From positions 35,588,001 to 35,652,000 of the forward strand of contig OZ076409.1 in assembly GCA_964187785.1 (NCBI GenBank): a stretch of DNA of 64,000 nucleotides, written 5' to 3'. Both the position numbers and the translations under genes were made by a program. The number at the start of each line of letters is the position of its first letter. Within the stretch, counting starts at the first letter, position 1. The notes beneath the pieces are model-generated. The model did not search any database and was not told the origin of the DNA. It saw only the letters and a program-made list of their open reading frames with translations. The stretch comes from Amphiscolops sp. MND2022. Its lineage: Eukaryota. Of this stretch, positions 61,131-64,000 are shown in pieces.

Positions 61131-62150
61131 GATTTGAGATTATGTAAACCTGGAGCAAAAATATCGGAAAAACTCGAAGTTAATTATTTGGTACCGATCC
61201 GGTAAAGGTTTTAGACCCTTTGATGTTTCCCTACTACGTACCAGATTTTCGGAGACTCCACTTAATATCTAATAAGTTTCTTCGTTTTTCATCCTTTTCT
61301 TCATTTTAGTGCATCAAACTTAACTACATCTCTTTCAATTATTTGGTTCATTGGTGCTTCAAGGTTACATGATATTGGTTGAAGCGACTCATTCGACCTT
61401 TTATTCTATAATTGAAATTGAAGGAATTTTAAGTTGTTGGTATTTTAGTGAATAGATATTTGTTAATATATGGCGTGATTTAGCATTTCCTGTGCTTTTG
61501 TTTCTTTAAACTATCGTTCACGCCACATCTACGTAAATCATGTATTCTGGCCTCCATTGTGATTCCTTTTATGCCACATATTTATTTGTTATATTTTCTT
61601 AATTAATTTGAATGGATATTCTGATGACTACTGAGTTTGATATGTAACGATTATTCGACTATTTTATATAATTAATACACAAATAATCGTTGAGTTTGGG
61701 TTATTCCATACCCACCTACATACTTGTGGCTCTTTCGGCCGTTACCAATCCACCTTTCATTCACGCTTTGACATTCTAATTTTATGGTGAAATAGTTTGT
61801 TTGTTATGTAAACAATACATTCTATCAGAACATCAGTAGAAGTTGGAATAACGCCAGTGAGCGGTTGATCGTTAACTCGAGATTAAATTGTTCAGTTCTT
61901 CATAATCGAGCGCTAAAGACAAATTTCAGTCAAGTTGGGACTGGAATCACCAAGATTGTCTATTTCGAAGAAGATTTGGATAATAGAAATTCTCAAAGTT
62001 AAGAAATAGCTAGCTAGTGGAGTTATTTCGCCTCAGTGAAAGATACAGTCCTTCCAAAATCGAGAATCCTGCTTTATTTGTGGAAAGCAGGACGAACCAA
62101 GGACCGGCATAAGCTTGAATCGTTTGTTGGGATTTGAGTCAGCCGTTACA
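61118..62150 (+). repeat. BEL-2 3' LTR
   Basis: TG...CA, preceded by the PPT and followed by CCCTA. Confidence 0.95.
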
Positions 62151-62199
62151 CCCTATAAAAACCTTTGAAAGCGATGGAAAGAAAGCAGTTAAGTTGTTA

Positions 62200-62520
62200 A
62201 TTGGACAAGTTGTTTTGGGGTCATTTTTAGGCACTTTTTCATCAAATATTCGTGTTTTTCTCTGGATTGCCGGTCCTTTCATCTGGGATATTTCTGGATA
62301 TGAAAGTTTTAGAAAATCGTAGAAAATTGCATGAAAAGGAAAATGATAACCAAAAAATCCTAAAATCCCTACAAAGAAATATTGCCCTAAACTAATGTTA
62401 TAGTTGAATTCTGTGGAAGTGCTTCCATCATTTGGATAGAAATTCGGACAACCGTCGGAAACAAAAACGGCTGAGTTAGTTTTCCTAAAAATTATGGGCG
62501 GAAAATGACAATAAAATGGA
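62200..62520 (-). repeat. Further unit of the 23590/53180 repeat family
   Basis: TAGTTGAATTCTGTG (reverse complement CACAGAATTCAACTA, compare about 23715) and TTATGGGCGGAAAAT (compare about 53390). BEL-2 appears to have inserted into this repeat. Confidence 0.55.
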
Positions 62521-64000
62521 AGTCTTTCACGTTTTGATATCAATCATCATAAACGGATTTGTCAACACGTAATCAACAGCTCAAACAGTGATTGAAGGTT
62601 TCGGATGATGTCTGATAATCTTTCAAGTCACACGTGCCTTTCAGATTTGGTTTTGAATTGTGAAATTTATGAAATTTAAATGACTTTAAATCGAAATGGA
62701 GAGGATTTCAATAACGATTGACATTCTGCAAAAAAACTGAGCATTTCAAACTAGACGAATATTTTGAAACTCAAGCGCTTGGAAAATTTACGTATTCTGC
62801 GTGCACGTTTGAAGATCTTAGTTGAAACTGAACATTCAGCAGGCCGATTAGACGTTCACTTAAAACTTCAACAACAAAATCGGAGTCTTCTTGTTAACGT
62901 TTTATACACTTTCTACACTTTACGATATTCTAGTCTTTTTGAGAAATAAGAACAAGGCATTTTTCCTCCAGCTGTCACTGTAGAGGCGATCATTTATAGA
63001 CTTTATAGCTATCCGTTTTTTATAACTATCCTTAGCTGGATGGGCTGTGACTGTACGGTTTCATAAAGAAAACGTTTACCTCAAGTTACACAAACAAAAA
63101 CGTTATTCAATATTCTAGACCTTTCAACGCTTGGTTCAAAACACAGTGCAAAGAAAACTTTTTTCATGAAGGAACTTTTTTTGAGGAAAAAACGTACGAC
63201 AGTCAGGAAGACTAGATATTATCTCCAACTTATCAGTTTCGAGTTTTTAACCATTAACAGTCTTAACCATTAAATGGCGTAATGGTCCATTTTGTTTTTA
63301 GTTAAGTTTACTAAACTAGATGGTGAGATAGGTAAAAGTTCCAATAAGAGTTACGAGTGGATAGGAGATAAGACTATTTTTAAGACTATCAAAGGCCTTC
63401 TTTTTGACAATTTCTAGCACCAAAGCTCAGAAAACGTTTGGTATTTTTCGAATGTCTTCCAGAAATTTTAATTTTTCTATCATTTTTTCAGTGTGGCGTG
63501 TGAGCCATTTAATTTTAGACAGTCGCAGTTTCGAAAGCAGTCCTATTTGAAAAATTTTATTGTGATCAGTTTGTTTCCCGCTATTACAGCTACAGTAAAA
63601 TCCTGTAGTAAAGAAAACTACGTTCGTTCAGAATTCGCGATAACTACATTTTCGTGATTCCGGTCAATTTTTCCGACCGTTTTTTTCTATGAAAGTTAAT
63701 TCTAAAGTTCACGAGTTGTAATCGTATCTTCTCTGCACTCAGCTAAGTGCATAAGGCGGCTTCAATAACCGACTCGGTCGGACCATTTTTCAACTTTGAG
63801 GCTATGCATGTTAGTGGCAAGAACTGATGCAAGTCTGAGGCTTGTATCCTGGCAAGTTTTCTTGTTCGTTCATAGATATCTCGTTCAATAAATTATACTA
63901 CTGGAGTTGCTGAGATATCAATTCACATTTTTGACGAAAAACAATCAGAAAACTAGCACAGGAAAAGTAGAATCATATCGAGAGTTTAGTTACCATGATA

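Larger units (their letters stand above)
53550..62150 (+). mobile_element. Full-length but decayed BEL/Pao LTR retrotransposon (BEL-2)
   Basis: 1032/1033-bp LTRs TGTTGGCGCC...CCGTTACA, TSD CTCTA/CCCTA (4 of 5 match), PBS, PPT GAAAACAGGGCCGGCGA, and a broken gag-pol. Confidence 0.95.

Noticed and set aside
62139-62543. Minus-strand 134-aa ORF
   Set aside because: It lies in an AT-rich repeat unit and overlaps the LTR end, with no domain features.

Overview
AT-rich eukaryotic (probably invertebrate metazoan) genomic DNA, mostly transposons and repeats, around one host gene. The host gene is a minus-strand SLC22/organic-cation-transporter-like MFS gene. My four-exon model (26428-26266, 21875-21472, 21030-20271, 10198-9915) gives about 536 aa with no internal stop, but it needs a GA-AG intron and a GC-AG intron. 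Its 10-kb last intron holds a young BEL/Pao LTR retrotransposon (10754-20075) in antisense. This element has an intact 2134-aa gag-pol ORF, a 73-nt tRNA-shaped Pol III-type cassette in both LTRs, and an extra 200-aa SGNH/GDSL-esterase-like ORF upstream of gag; it is the strongest candidate for an undescribed system here. The window also holds a full-length but decayed BEL/Pao element (53550-62150) and an old BEL remnant (1763-3950). Two decayed Ty3/Gypsy copies (28145-34138 minus; about 46900-52745 plus) both read WLDD at the RT YxDD motif. Other repeats are a mosaic five-unit ~2-kb tandem array with nested 22-bp minisatellites (35740-45775), a TA-flanked MITE cluster, Helitron-like ends and a perfect 54-bp palindrome. 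All identities, counts and boundaries were read by eye; no searches were run.
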